Assembly: GCA_040261535.1 (NCBI GenBank)
Contig: JBDQNU010000001.1
Location: 75,109 to 139,108, forward strand
Length of the DNA: 64,000 nucleotides
DNA from: Poseidonia sp.
GTDB taxonomy: Archaea > Thermoplasmatota > Poseidoniia > Poseidoniales > Poseidoniaceae
Reading direction: 5' to 3'
Position numbers and translations under genes: made by a program. Positions within the stretch are counted from its first letter, which is position 1. Every line of letters begins with the position of its first letter. Positions 55,455-63,700 of the stretch are shown one piece after another. The notes beneath the pieces are model-generated. The model was not told where the DNA came from. It was given only the letters and a program-made list of their open reading frames with translations, and searched no databases.

Positions 55455-56221
55455 TGGTGGTGTCCATGACGGGCATGACGGAATTGAGTTCACCCGTGCC
55501 CGGCGTCCGCCTCTTTGCAAGTCCCGTGCACGCTCATGCTCTCGCCGACGTCCCGCTGGCAGACGCCGGCGAGGTGGCGACGTTTGCAACCGAGAAACGG
55601 CGCAACGAACACTTGACCGGACGGTGGTTGCTCGGCCAAGCCCTGATGGCGCACGGAGAGCGGGATTTGTCCGCCCTGGAGGTCCTGCGAAGCGAACAGC
55701 GTGCTCCGTCACTTGCCTTCATCCAAGGTGCGTGGCGTCGTACACCGTTGCCGTCCATCTCCATCGCTCACAGCGGCGGAAGGGCGGTGGTGGCGTTGGG
55801 TCCTGCTGGCCGATGCATCGGCATTGACCTCGAACCGTTGGAGCGTGCGTTGGCTCAAAACGCGTTTGATCTCATCGCCAAAGGCGAGGAACTTGAACAA
55901 CTTCGGCTGCATCCTGAACAGGCCATGCGGTTGTGGACGGGGAAGGAAGCGGTCCAGAAAGCGATGGGTTTGGGGATGCACCTCAACCCGAGGGATATTC
56001 AAATTCCAATTGATAACAATAGGAGTCAGATTCCAATTGAAAAATCAAAAATCCAATTGGAATATTGGACTGACGAGGAGTATCATTTTTCCCTCGCCTC
56101 TCGACCAAAACCAGTCCCCGAACGCACGCCCGAGGACGTGCTCTTGGACCAAACCAAGGCGGCGATGAACGCCAATCCCGATTGGGGCGTGGGTTGCAAC
56201 ACCCAACGAAACGCTCGGTAA
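55454..56221 (+). CDS. 4'-phosphopantetheinyl transferase (Sfp/EntD type)
   Basis: 255 aa. Motifs SIAHSGGRAVVAL, IGIDLEPLER (metal-binding D/E) and LWTGKEAVQKAMG (WxxKEAxxK). The start overlaps the megasynthase stop (TGATG). Confidence 0.85.
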   Translation: MVVSMTGMTELSSPVPGVRLFASPVHAHALADVPLADAGEVATFATEKRRNEHLTGRWLLGQALMAHGERDLSALEVLRSEQRAPSLAFIQGAWRRTPLPSISIAHSGGRAVVALGPAGRCIGIDLEPLERALAQNAFDLIAKGEELEQLRLHPEQAMRLWTGKEAVQKAMGLGMHLNPRDIQIPIDNNRSQIPIEKSKIQLEYWTDEEYHFSLASRPKPVPERTPEDVLLDQTKAAMNANPDWGVGCNTQRNAR

Positions 56222-56656
56222 TCACTCCCAGAAGCGACTGCTCTCCCAAGGCAGGTCCAAGGCAATGCCCACCTCGGTTAACACGACGTAGTTGAACACC
56301 AGATAGATCAGCGTGCTCAAAATCAACACGACCAGAGAGGTGTTGACGATGCGTGTTCGTTGTTTCTTGGCCTGGTCGAGCGTGCAGATGCCTTCGCTTC
56401 GGAAATAGAGGGTCAACCCAACGAGCACCAAAACCACGCTTACGGCGGACAGCAACGGACGGAACCAGCCCATCCCGTTGGTTCCCCAATACAAGTCGTT
56501 GGAAAGCGCAGCGGCGGAGGAGACGCTCGCAAGGCCGAAGAACACCAACACGACGCTTGGAAAACAACACATGGATGCGAGGAAGGCCGAGCCTCCAATG
56601 TACTTCCAAAGCGCTTTGATGTCCTGCCCGATGCTCTGTTCTCCCACGTTGTTCAT
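56222..56656 (-). CDS. Small 4-TM membrane protein with a vicinal Cys-Cys motif in TM1 (MerT-like feature; function unknown)
   Basis: 144 aa. FLASMCCFPSVVLVFFGL resembles the CC-x-x-P helix of MerT-type transporters. One further Cys lies in a loop (SEGICTLD). The assignment is weak. Confidence 0.5.
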   Translation of the reverse strand: MNNVGEQSIGQDIKALWKYIGGSAFLASMCCFPSVVLVFFGLASVSSAAALSNDLYWGTNGMGWFRPLLSAVSVVLVLVGLTLYFRSEGICTLDQAKKQRTRIVNTSLVVLILSTLIYLVFNYVVLTEVGIALDLPWESSRFWE

Positions 56657-56660
56657 CTCC

Positions 56661-58313
56661 TCAGGTGCACGTTTTGAAGGCTGTATCGGTGTTGATGGCG
56701 TCGTGAATCAACCGGAGAGGCAGGACGGGCGTCCCGTCTTCCCATTGACCCATCCCGGTGAGCATCGTTTCATCGGTCATGTATTGATAGGCAAAGTCTG
56801 CCGTGAAGGTGTCGTTTCGGCCTTGGGCGACGATGTAATCCGCTTGAGCGTCAATGCGACGGTAAAAGCCCCAATCGGACAACCGGTCGTGGGCGGGGTC
56901 GGTTTGCATGTAGTGGCTCGCCACGAGTCGAGGGAACCCGTATTTGTCGGAACGGACCACAATGAGTTGGTTTCGCTCTTCGGGAAGGGTTCCAAACTGT
57001 GCCTGATGGAAGGCTCCGGGGCACATCCCGACGCTCATGTCGTCTTCGGCGACGGCGATTTGGACCAGCGTATTGGCCGGAATCCGGGCGAAATCGTGCT
57101 GCAAGGCGTCCTGCATCGGCCGACTTGCGGGGGCCTCAAGGGCGACGACCAATGCATGGTCCCCCCATCCTCGCTCAAAGGCGTCGTCAAGACTCAGGAA
57201 GGTGTAGGCCGCCCCCAAACTGTGACCACCCACCCAGAGCGATGAAGGGTCGATGATCACGCCCCCAATGGTTTTGTCAATGCGGGGGTCGCGATCTTCA
57301 CCCATCGCCAAGGCGTCCAGATGGTCCATCGCCGCCCGTATCGAAAGGTTCCGGTAGGTGTGTTGCAAGAAGTTCGAGGTGCCCGCATCGTAGACCTCAT
57401 CAAAGGTTTCATGCCCTTCCGGCCTCAGATCCGAAGGGTATTGCAGGAATGCCACAGCCATGCCCTTGGCCGCTAGGTGGGAAATCCAAGTCTGGTACGC
57501 ATTGACGTCGGGATAACCAAAGCCGTGGAGCAAGACGGCCAGCGGGACCGTTGTCAGCGGGGTGTCTTCGGGAAGGTCAGGAAGGGTGAGATGGACGCTG
57601 AACGTGACGTCGTCTTCGAGATCGCCTTGAACCGCAAGGACCTCGGCGGGCATGGTGTAGGGCGAGGAGAATTGAACCGTGTCGTACGGCCCGGGGGTTG
57701 AACCGTATCCAATTCGGGGTGCATCGGGAGGTGCCGGGGCCATGCCCACAAGCGCAGGGATGCCCGGCATGACCAACCAAGCCGCAAAAAAAACCCCCAA
57801 GAGGTGGGCGGTTTTGGGCCAAGAGACACCTTCACCACCGGGTGAACGCAGGGTCGGCGGGCCCCCGAGCACCAATAACACCATCGCAAGGGTCCATCCG
57901 TAAAGGGTGGGCAAGAGCAAGAACGCCCCTCGCAAGTACGCAACGTCCATGATGAAATGAATCGTGAGGAAGCCGAGAACGAAGCCCAGCACAGCAAACA
58001 GAACCAACCGGATTCGTTCGTGATGTTTCGAGGTGAGGTAAGCACGGCGTCCGAAAAAGGACGAGGCGGAGAGGACGATGGCGATGGAGAACGGCAACGC
58101 TGCTGACGCACGCAACGCCATGGTCCAATCCAGCGAACGAACCGCATGAGGCCAAACGGCGTCAACCACGTTGTCGCCGGTCATCAGGTTGAAGACGATT
58201 TCACTGAAGGCAAGCAGGAAGCCTGCCGTAAGCGAGAGCGACGCTGCATGACGGGCCCGGAACGGGAGCTTGGGTTGAGGCGCCAACCCTTCACCGAGTT
58301 CGTCTTCACCCAC
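56661..58313 (-). CDS. Polytopic-membrane-anchored alpha/beta hydrolase (lipase/esterase-like)
   Basis: 550 aa. The N-terminal ~200 aa has ~6 TM helices. The C-terminal domain has LAVLLHGFGYP (oxyanion region) and the nucleophile elbow WVGGHSLGAAY (GxSxG). Confidence 0.75.
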   Translation of the reverse strand: MGEDELGEGLAPQPKLPFRARHAASLSLTAGFLLAFSEIVFNLMTGDNVVDAVWPHAVRSLDWTMALRASAALPFSIAIVLSASSFFGRRAYLTSKHHERIRLVLFAVLGFVLGFLTIHFIMDVAYLRGAFLLLPTLYGWTLAMVLLVLGGPPTLRSPGGEGVSWPKTAHLLGVFFAAWLVMPGIPALVGMAPAPPDAPRIGYGSTPGPYDTVQFSSPYTMPAEVLAVQGDLEDDVTFSVHLTLPDLPEDTPLTTVPLAVLLHGFGYPDVNAYQTWISHLAAKGMAVAFLQYPSDLRPEGHETFDEVYDAGTSNFLQHTYRNLSIRAAMDHLDALAMGEDRDPRIDKTIGGVIIDPSSLWVGGHSLGAAYTFLSLDDAFERGWGDHALVVALEAPASRPMQDALQHDFARIPANTLVQIAVAEDDMSVGMCPGAFHQAQFGTLPEERNQLIVVRSDKYGFPRLVASHYMQTDPAHDRLSDWGFYRRIDAQADYIVAQGRNDTFTADFAYQYMTDETMLTGMGQWEDGTPVLPLRLIHDAINTDTAFKTCT

Positions 58314-58357
58314 AACCCAAGGTTGTTGAATTCATTGATGAAGTTTCGTTCCTTCCC

Positions 58358-59773
58358 TCAGGCGTTGACATTGCGAATTTCCGGCGTTTGGTCGGCGAAG
58401 AAGAACTCCAGCATGGCCGCCCACATCACGAATTCAATGCTGGCCTCGAGGTTTTCCTGACCCCCGACCACGGCAACCATGTTCTCAAGGGTGTCTTGAG
58501 GGGAGTGATAGGCCGAATAATCGTCGTCGTAGGCACCGAGATGGAAGATGGTCTGTGCGCCCAAGTTCCTGAACGTGACGTGGTCCGATCGTCCAAAGGT
58601 GTCCTCGTGGACGTCCATCACCAAATTGCTGTGGTCGTCCCAATGCTGGTCGCATCCAGCGCCGTACGAACCGTCGATGCGCAGGTCCATGGGTGCGTTG
58701 AGGATGTTTCGATGAACGTGGTCCAGAATGCTCGTGATGGCGACGTCTTGGGTTTCAGGGTCGCTATCGGGCCCGGACCATGCGTGGTAGGGGAACGGGT
58801 CGCCGTTTTCTTTCACGGCGGGCCAGGAGATGCCCATCATGTCCATGTTGATGTAGAAGCGGAGTTCCTTATCTTGGGGCAAGCAGGCATCGCAGTCGTT
58901 GTTGGCGAAGGCGTTGGAGCCTCGCAAACCCTCTTCTTCAGAGGACCAGAGGGCGAGGAACGTGTCGCATTCCACCTCCATATCGGCAAGAACCTGAGCG
59001 TAGAGCATCATGGTCACGGTTCCGGCCGTGTTGTCGTAGGCGCCTTCCCATGTACCGCCGCCCGGGGGCCCTGCAGGCGGTGCAATGTCCATGTGAGCGC
59101 CCATGCCTTGCACGCACTCGCTCGAACGTCCTTGCTTCCAGGCGATCACGTTCAAGGATTCGGGTTGCGTTGGGTTGAGGGTGTCAACCACGCGCATCAA
59201 GTGGGTGTCGTAGCCGAGGCCCTCAAAGTGACCTTGGAAGTAGGCCGCTGCTCGCTCGAATTGCGGGTTTGGACTTCCCATCCAGCGGTGGTTGTAGGCA
59301 CCGCAATCGTCGGATGGCGTGTCGCAGGTGATGTAATCCATTTTTTCGTACCACGCCTCACCGCTGACGATCGGCGTTCCGTTGGTGATGGGCAAGTCAA
59401 CCACCGTCTTTTGACCGTCCTTGGCGTAGACGGTCAACTCAACAGCGGTCGTGTACGGCGTTGTGAGCAATTGAACCAGCACCCGGTCGCCGTTCACCGG
59501 CACCGAACTGTCAAGGTCCAGGCTACCGTTGACGAACAGCAGAATGTCGTGTGCGGACGCACTCAGACGAAGGCCTTCGCCCATGAGCAGCACATCGTGC
59601 CATTCTCCGGCGCGCAGCGTCACTTCGCTGGCGGCGACGCCGTCGATGGTGAGGGCGTTCTCGGCGGTCATGGGTTTGACCTCGTCTTCACCAAAGCACC
59701 CCGAGAGCGGGGCGATGAGCATCAACGAGACCAGCAGGAGGGCTCGAGCGGTGGCGTTGGAGGTGCCCATCAT
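58358..59773 (-). CDS. M28-family metallo-aminopeptidase, lipoprotein-like signal
   Basis: MMGTSNATARALLLVSLMLIAPLSGC (lipobox-like LSGC). Metal ligand contexts are GAHMDIAP, WSSEEEGLRGS, INMDMMG and GRSDHVTF. The start was moved from the track's 60034 to 59773. Confidence 0.8.
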   Translation of the reverse strand: MMGTSNATARALLLVSLMLIAPLSGCFGEDEVKPMTAENALTIDGVAASEVTLRAGEWHDVLLMGEGLRLSASAHDILLFVNGSLDLDSSVPVNGDRVLVQLLTTPYTTAVELTVYAKDGQKTVVDLPITNGTPIVSGEAWYEKMDYITCDTPSDDCGAYNHRWMGSPNPQFERAAAYFQGHFEGLGYDTHLMRVVDTLNPTQPESLNVIAWKQGRSSECVQGMGAHMDIAPPAGPPGGGTWEGAYDNTAGTVTMMLYAQVLADMEVECDTFLALWSSEEEGLRGSNAFANNDCDACLPQDKELRFYINMDMMGISWPAVKENGDPFPYHAWSGPDSDPETQDVAITSILDHVHRNILNAPMDLRIDGSYGAGCDQHWDDHSNLVMDVHEDTFGRSDHVTFRNLGAQTIFHLGAYDDDYSAYHSPQDTLENMVAVVGGQENLEASIEFVMWAAMLEFFFADQTPEIRNVNA

Positions 59774-59828
59774 GCCGAGGCGTCCTGTTTGGCCTTCATA
59801 GGGCTTGGCCCTCACCAACGGCTTCGCG

Positions 59829-60482
59829 TCAATACGGAACGTCTTTCCAACCGATTTTGTAACCGATGAGATTGAACGAGCGGTGAAGGACCGGCGTGAT
59901 GAGAACGAGGGCGAGCATCGGCAAGCGGAGTTCTTCTGCAGCCAACACGGAGGGCCCGAGGAAAAGTTGACCGAGCAAAAACACCATGATTGCAAAGGGC
60001 AAGGTATCCAAGAGCGGCGCTTTTGAGGAGACATCGCCTTCTCGTTTCAGGCCTCGACGGCGTTTCGCGAAGGAGCCAACGCTGTCGCCGAGCAGGCAGG
60101 CAAAGCCCAGAAAGGTCCCCAGGACGAAGGCAGCCCCGGTGGTGCCACCGATGTAGAACCAGGCCGATTCTGCCCCGACCAAGGGATGAGCAAAGACGGT
60201 TGCCCCGTCGTCAAAGACCGTGGCCATGCTTCCTTCGCTCACGAGGTTGGCCAGCAGCACGCAAAGAAGGCCGGACGTGAGCGACCCACCGATCAAACCG
60301 TTCCATGTCTTCCCGTCCCCCAGGATTCGGTTGCCGTCTTTCCATCGGCGTCCCCCGTCGATGGGCCAAGGTCCGTATCCCGTTTTGGGCAGCCATTTCC
60401 CCCACATCATGGCGAAGGTGTTCGCCAGGAAACCGGGGAGGTACAGCCACAAGGTCAGCAAGCAAAGGAGCAGGAAGTTCAC
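59829..60482 (-). CDS. carS: CDP-archaeol synthase (CarS, DUF46)
   Basis: WLYLPGFLANTFAMM...PIDGGRRWKDGNRILGDGKTWNGLIGG, LGDSVGSFAKRRRGLKRE, LLDTLPF and C-terminal NLIGYKIGWKDVPY are collinear with A. fulgidus CarS as I recall it. The start is proposed at GTG 60482 (GAGG upstream) because the track start at 60605 overlaps the tRNA. Confidence 0.8.
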   Translation of the reverse strand: MNFLLLCLLTLWLYLPGFLANTFAMMWGKWLPKTGYGPWPIDGGRRWKDGNRILGDGKTWNGLIGGSLTSGLLCVLLANLVSEGSMATVFDDGATVFAHPLVGAESAWFYIGGTTGAAFVLGTFLGFACLLGDSVGSFAKRRRGLKREGDVSSKAPLLDTLPFAIMVFLLGQLFLGPSVLAAEELRLPMLALVLITPVLHRSFNLIGYKIGWKDVPY

Positions 60483-60580
60483 ATCAATCGCCTCGTTGTT
60501 CGTTACAACAACCCCTTGGCTCAGCCTTTCATGTTTGTTGGTCCAAGGATGTCGAGGGCCTTGCTTCCTGCGAGAAGAGG

Positions 60581-60652
60581 TGCGGATAGCGGGAGTCGAA
60601 CCCACGACATAAGGTTGGAAACCTCAGATGATAACCACTTCACCATATCCGC
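60581..60652 (-). tRNA. tRNA-Gly(UCC): tRNA-Gly (anticodon UCC), CCA not encoded
   Basis: Manual cloverleaf: acceptor GCGGATA/TATCCGC with discriminator A; D arm GTGA-AGTGGTTA-TCAT; anticodon arm TGAGG-TTTCCAA-CCTTA (anticodon TCC); 4-nt variable loop; T arm GTGGG-TTCGACT-CCCGC. The 3' flank reads CCT. Confidence 0.9.
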
Positions 60653-60711
60653 TTGTGGTGATTTTAGCCAATCGCCTCCCCCCTTTGAGGGAATCGGTTG
60701 GAGGGGCTCGC

Positions 60712-63700
60712 TCAACGCTTCCGGAACTCGTCGAAAATGGAGCTCTCCCGCAGCCGACTTGCTGGTGGCGGACGTTGCTGCTGGACCATGCTTCGCTGCG
60801 GCAGGTCCACCATGCCGTGCGTGTCTCGGTAATCGGCCATGCGGCGCGCACGGCGCTCGCTTTCTTTCGCACTTTTCGCACGGCCCCGAAGCATCAGGGC
60901 GCCCATCAGGACAAAGAGAATCAACACCGCCATGCTGGCCTGAATCACCGGATTCTCAATGAGGGTGCTCAACCCCGAACCTTCCGCTTCATCGGCGGTG
61001 ATCACGGGTGCGTTGGAATCGGTGGCCCGAATCACGACCGTCACGGTGTCCATGGGGTACTCCGCACCGGGCTCTCGGGCGGAGAGCTGCAGTTGGTGGT
61101 TCCCGGTGGCTTTTGCCGTCCCCGAGAAGGTGACCGTTTGCGAGGTTCCGCTCTCCGAGGTGAAGGTGATGAAGTGGTTGGAATTCTCGCCCACGATGTT
61201 GTTGGTTGCCTCCCAGTTCACGTTGGCGGCAAACGCCGAAGCCATGGTCGTGCTCAAGGTGCAAGTAAAGGAGAACCAACCGCTTGCGGCCAAATCAACG
61301 TGGATGCTCACCGGCGAACAGGTCATCGCTGCTTCTGCAGCGTACCGGGTGCCGTCGTTCGGGTAGTGGTCGGGGCGATGGGCGCCGAGACTGGCGTTGT
61401 CGCCGTACCCGTCACCGTCTCCATCGGCGTGTTGGCTCGCCTGGTCGGGGAAGGCGTCCTGATCGTTGGCCCAGCCGTCGCCGTCGTTGTCCGGGCAGCC
61501 TGCGGTTCCGCCCATGGTCGAGGTTCCAGCCTCGCCGGGACAGGCGTCGCCATCGGTCCCTGAGGCTTCGTCACCGTAGCCGTCACCGTCGCTGTCGAAC
61601 CATTGGGTGGCGTCCGTGGGCCACAGGTCAAGTTCGTCGCCCGCTCCGTCGCCGTCGCCGTCAGGGCATCCAAACCCGCCCAAGGTGGAGGTTCCCACCG
61701 CATTTGGACAAGCATCGGCTTGGGTGCCGTTTGGATGATCGCCAAAGCCGTCGCCATCAGCATCGTTCCATTGGCTCGCATCATCGGCAAAGGCATCGTT
61801 CGTGTCCGAAGTTCCGTCGCCGTCGCCGTCCTCGCATCCAAACCGGTCCACGGTAGACGTGCCGGACGTGGTGGGACACGCATCGGCTTGCATCCCCGAA
61901 GCGTTGTCACCGAAGCCGTCGCCGTCCTGATCGGCGGTTTGGGTGGCGTCGTAAGGGAAGGCATCGGCCCCATCGCTGAGGTTCCATCCCGATTGATTAC
62001 CGACCGCCGGGCTCGGGTTGGAAACACCGTCGCCGTCGTAGTCCAAGCAGCCGAAGCGGTCCAGACTTGAGTTGCCGTTGGTGAACGGACAGGCGTCTTC
62101 AGCATCGTCGTAGCCGTCACCATCGGTGTCGACCCAGCGAGTAGGGTCGTCGGGGAAGGCGTCGCTCGCATTGGAGTAGCCGTCACCGTCGTCGTCAACA
62201 CAGCCGTAGCGGTCTTCGGTTGAGGTTCCGCTTTCGCCGGGACAAGCGTCCGGCTGCAAGCCGCTGGCGTTATCGCCGTAGCCGTCACCGTCCTGGTCAA
62301 GCCATTGCGTCGCCAAATTGGGGAGGGCATCGATGGCGTCGTCCCAACCGTCGCCGTCGGTATCGGGGCAACCAAGTCGGTTACCTTGGGTGGAGTTTCC
62401 GTAGGCCGTCGGGCATGCATCTGGGTTGACACCGCCGGGGTTGTCACCGTAGCCGTCACCGTCACCGTCCAACCATTGCGTGACCTCGTTTGGATGGCTG
62501 TCCTCGCTGTCGGCCCAACCGTCCTCATCGGCGTCAGGACAACCCAAGGTGCCGTTCTGCCACGACTCACCGTAGGTGTTGGGGCAGGCATCGGGCAGGG
62601 AACCGGTGGGCTCGTCCCCAAAACCGTCGCCGTCGGTGTCGTTCCACTGCGATGAATCGGTCATGAAGGCGTCGGCGCCGTCGCCCGTCGTCCAACCGCT
62701 GTCGGGGTCCGAGTAGCCGTCCCCGTCTTGGTCCGGACAGCCTTTCCGGTCGTGGACGGACGTTCCAAACACGGTTGGACAATCGTCGTCCAAGCCATCG
62801 TCGAACCCGTCACCGTCGTTGTCGCCCCAGCGGGTGGGGTCGAGAGGGTACGCATCGGCGCCGTCGTCCGTGGTCCACAACACGTCAGGATCGGAGTAGC
62901 CGTCGCCGTCGCTGTCGGTGCAGCCTCGTCGGTCGTTGGTCGAGTTCCCTGCGATGAGGGGGCAAGCGTCGCCGTTGGTTCCGGAGGGATTGTCGCCGTA
63001 ACCGTCGCCGTCCGAGTCCAACCATTGGGTGGAATCGTTCGGGGCGATGTCAGCGCCGTCGGTCGTCGTCCAGTTTGCATCCCCGTCCGATGACCCGTCG
63101 TTGTCGGTGTCGGTGCACCCGAACCGGTCCCGGGTCGACGTACCGCTGGTGCTCGGACACGCATCGCCTTCGAACCCGCTGGCTTCGTCGCCGTAGCCGT
63201 CGCTATCGCTGTCGGCCCATTGGGTGGCTTCGCTCGGGAAGGCATCGTCCACGTCGGCGTAGCCGTCCCCGTCGGTGTCGGTGCAGCCGAGTCGACCGGC
63301 TTCCGTCGAGGTTCCGAATTGACTCGGGCACGCATCGGGGTTGTTTCCGGTGGCGTTGTCGCCGTAGCCGTCACCGTCGCTGTCAGCCCATTGGGTGTTG
63401 TCGGAAGCGAAGGCGTCCGCACCGCTTGAGGTTGTCCACAACACGTCGGGGTCCGAATACCCGTCCCCGTCGGTGTCGGTGCACCCGTAGCGGTCGTGAA
63501 TCGAGGTGCCTGAGGTGCTCGGACATCCATCGCCTGAAGTGGCGGGAGGGGGATTGTCGCCGTAGCCGTCGCCATCGCTGTCGGCCCATTGGGTGCTGTC
63601 GGTGGGGAAGGCGTCTGCGCCGTTGGCCGTGGTCCAACCGCTGTCGGGGTCGGAGTACCCGTCCCCGTCCTGGTCTGCACACCCGTTCCGGTCTTCGTCC

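Noticed and set aside
54828-55712. 294-aa minus-strand ORF, and many similar ones such as 47679-48473, 49140-49589 and 52785-53240, antisense to the megasynthase
   Set aside because: These are R/P/G/A-rich shadow ORFs, typical of the antisense strand of high-GC genes. The sense strand carries unambiguous KS/AT/KR/DH motifs.
55995-56095. AT-rich patch inside the PPTase gene with three copies of (A)TCCAATTG(A/G) at 56003, 56030 and 56051; considered as an inserted element or internal operator
   Set aside because: The frame is uninterrupted. The encoded IQIPIDNNRSQIPIEKSKIQLEYW aligns with the expected C-terminal beta-strands of Sfp-type PPTases. The repeats reflect repeated IPI/IQL codons. It is worth only a note as a local composition oddity.
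60483-60605. 5' extension of the carS ORF to the ATG at 60605
   Set aside because: It overlaps the tRNA-Gly gene (60581-60652) on the same strand and adds a basic non-membrane leader absent from CarS. The GTG at 60482, with GAGG upstream, restores the conserved N-terminus.
60581-60711. tRNA-Gly as a possible integration site for a mobile element
   Set aside because: No integrase, no direct repeat of the tRNA 3' half that I could find, and no compositional island adjoins it. The flanking genes (carS and the TSP3 protein) look native.
61323-63680. Long alternate-frame ORFs inside the TSP3-repeat gene (61323-62621 and 62661-63680 minus; 60628-61563 plus)
   Set aside because: Their translations are monotonous T/P/A/R strings produced by reading the GAC-GGC-GAC repeat out of frame. 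The DxDxDG frame is the only one with a TM anchor and recognisable repeats.
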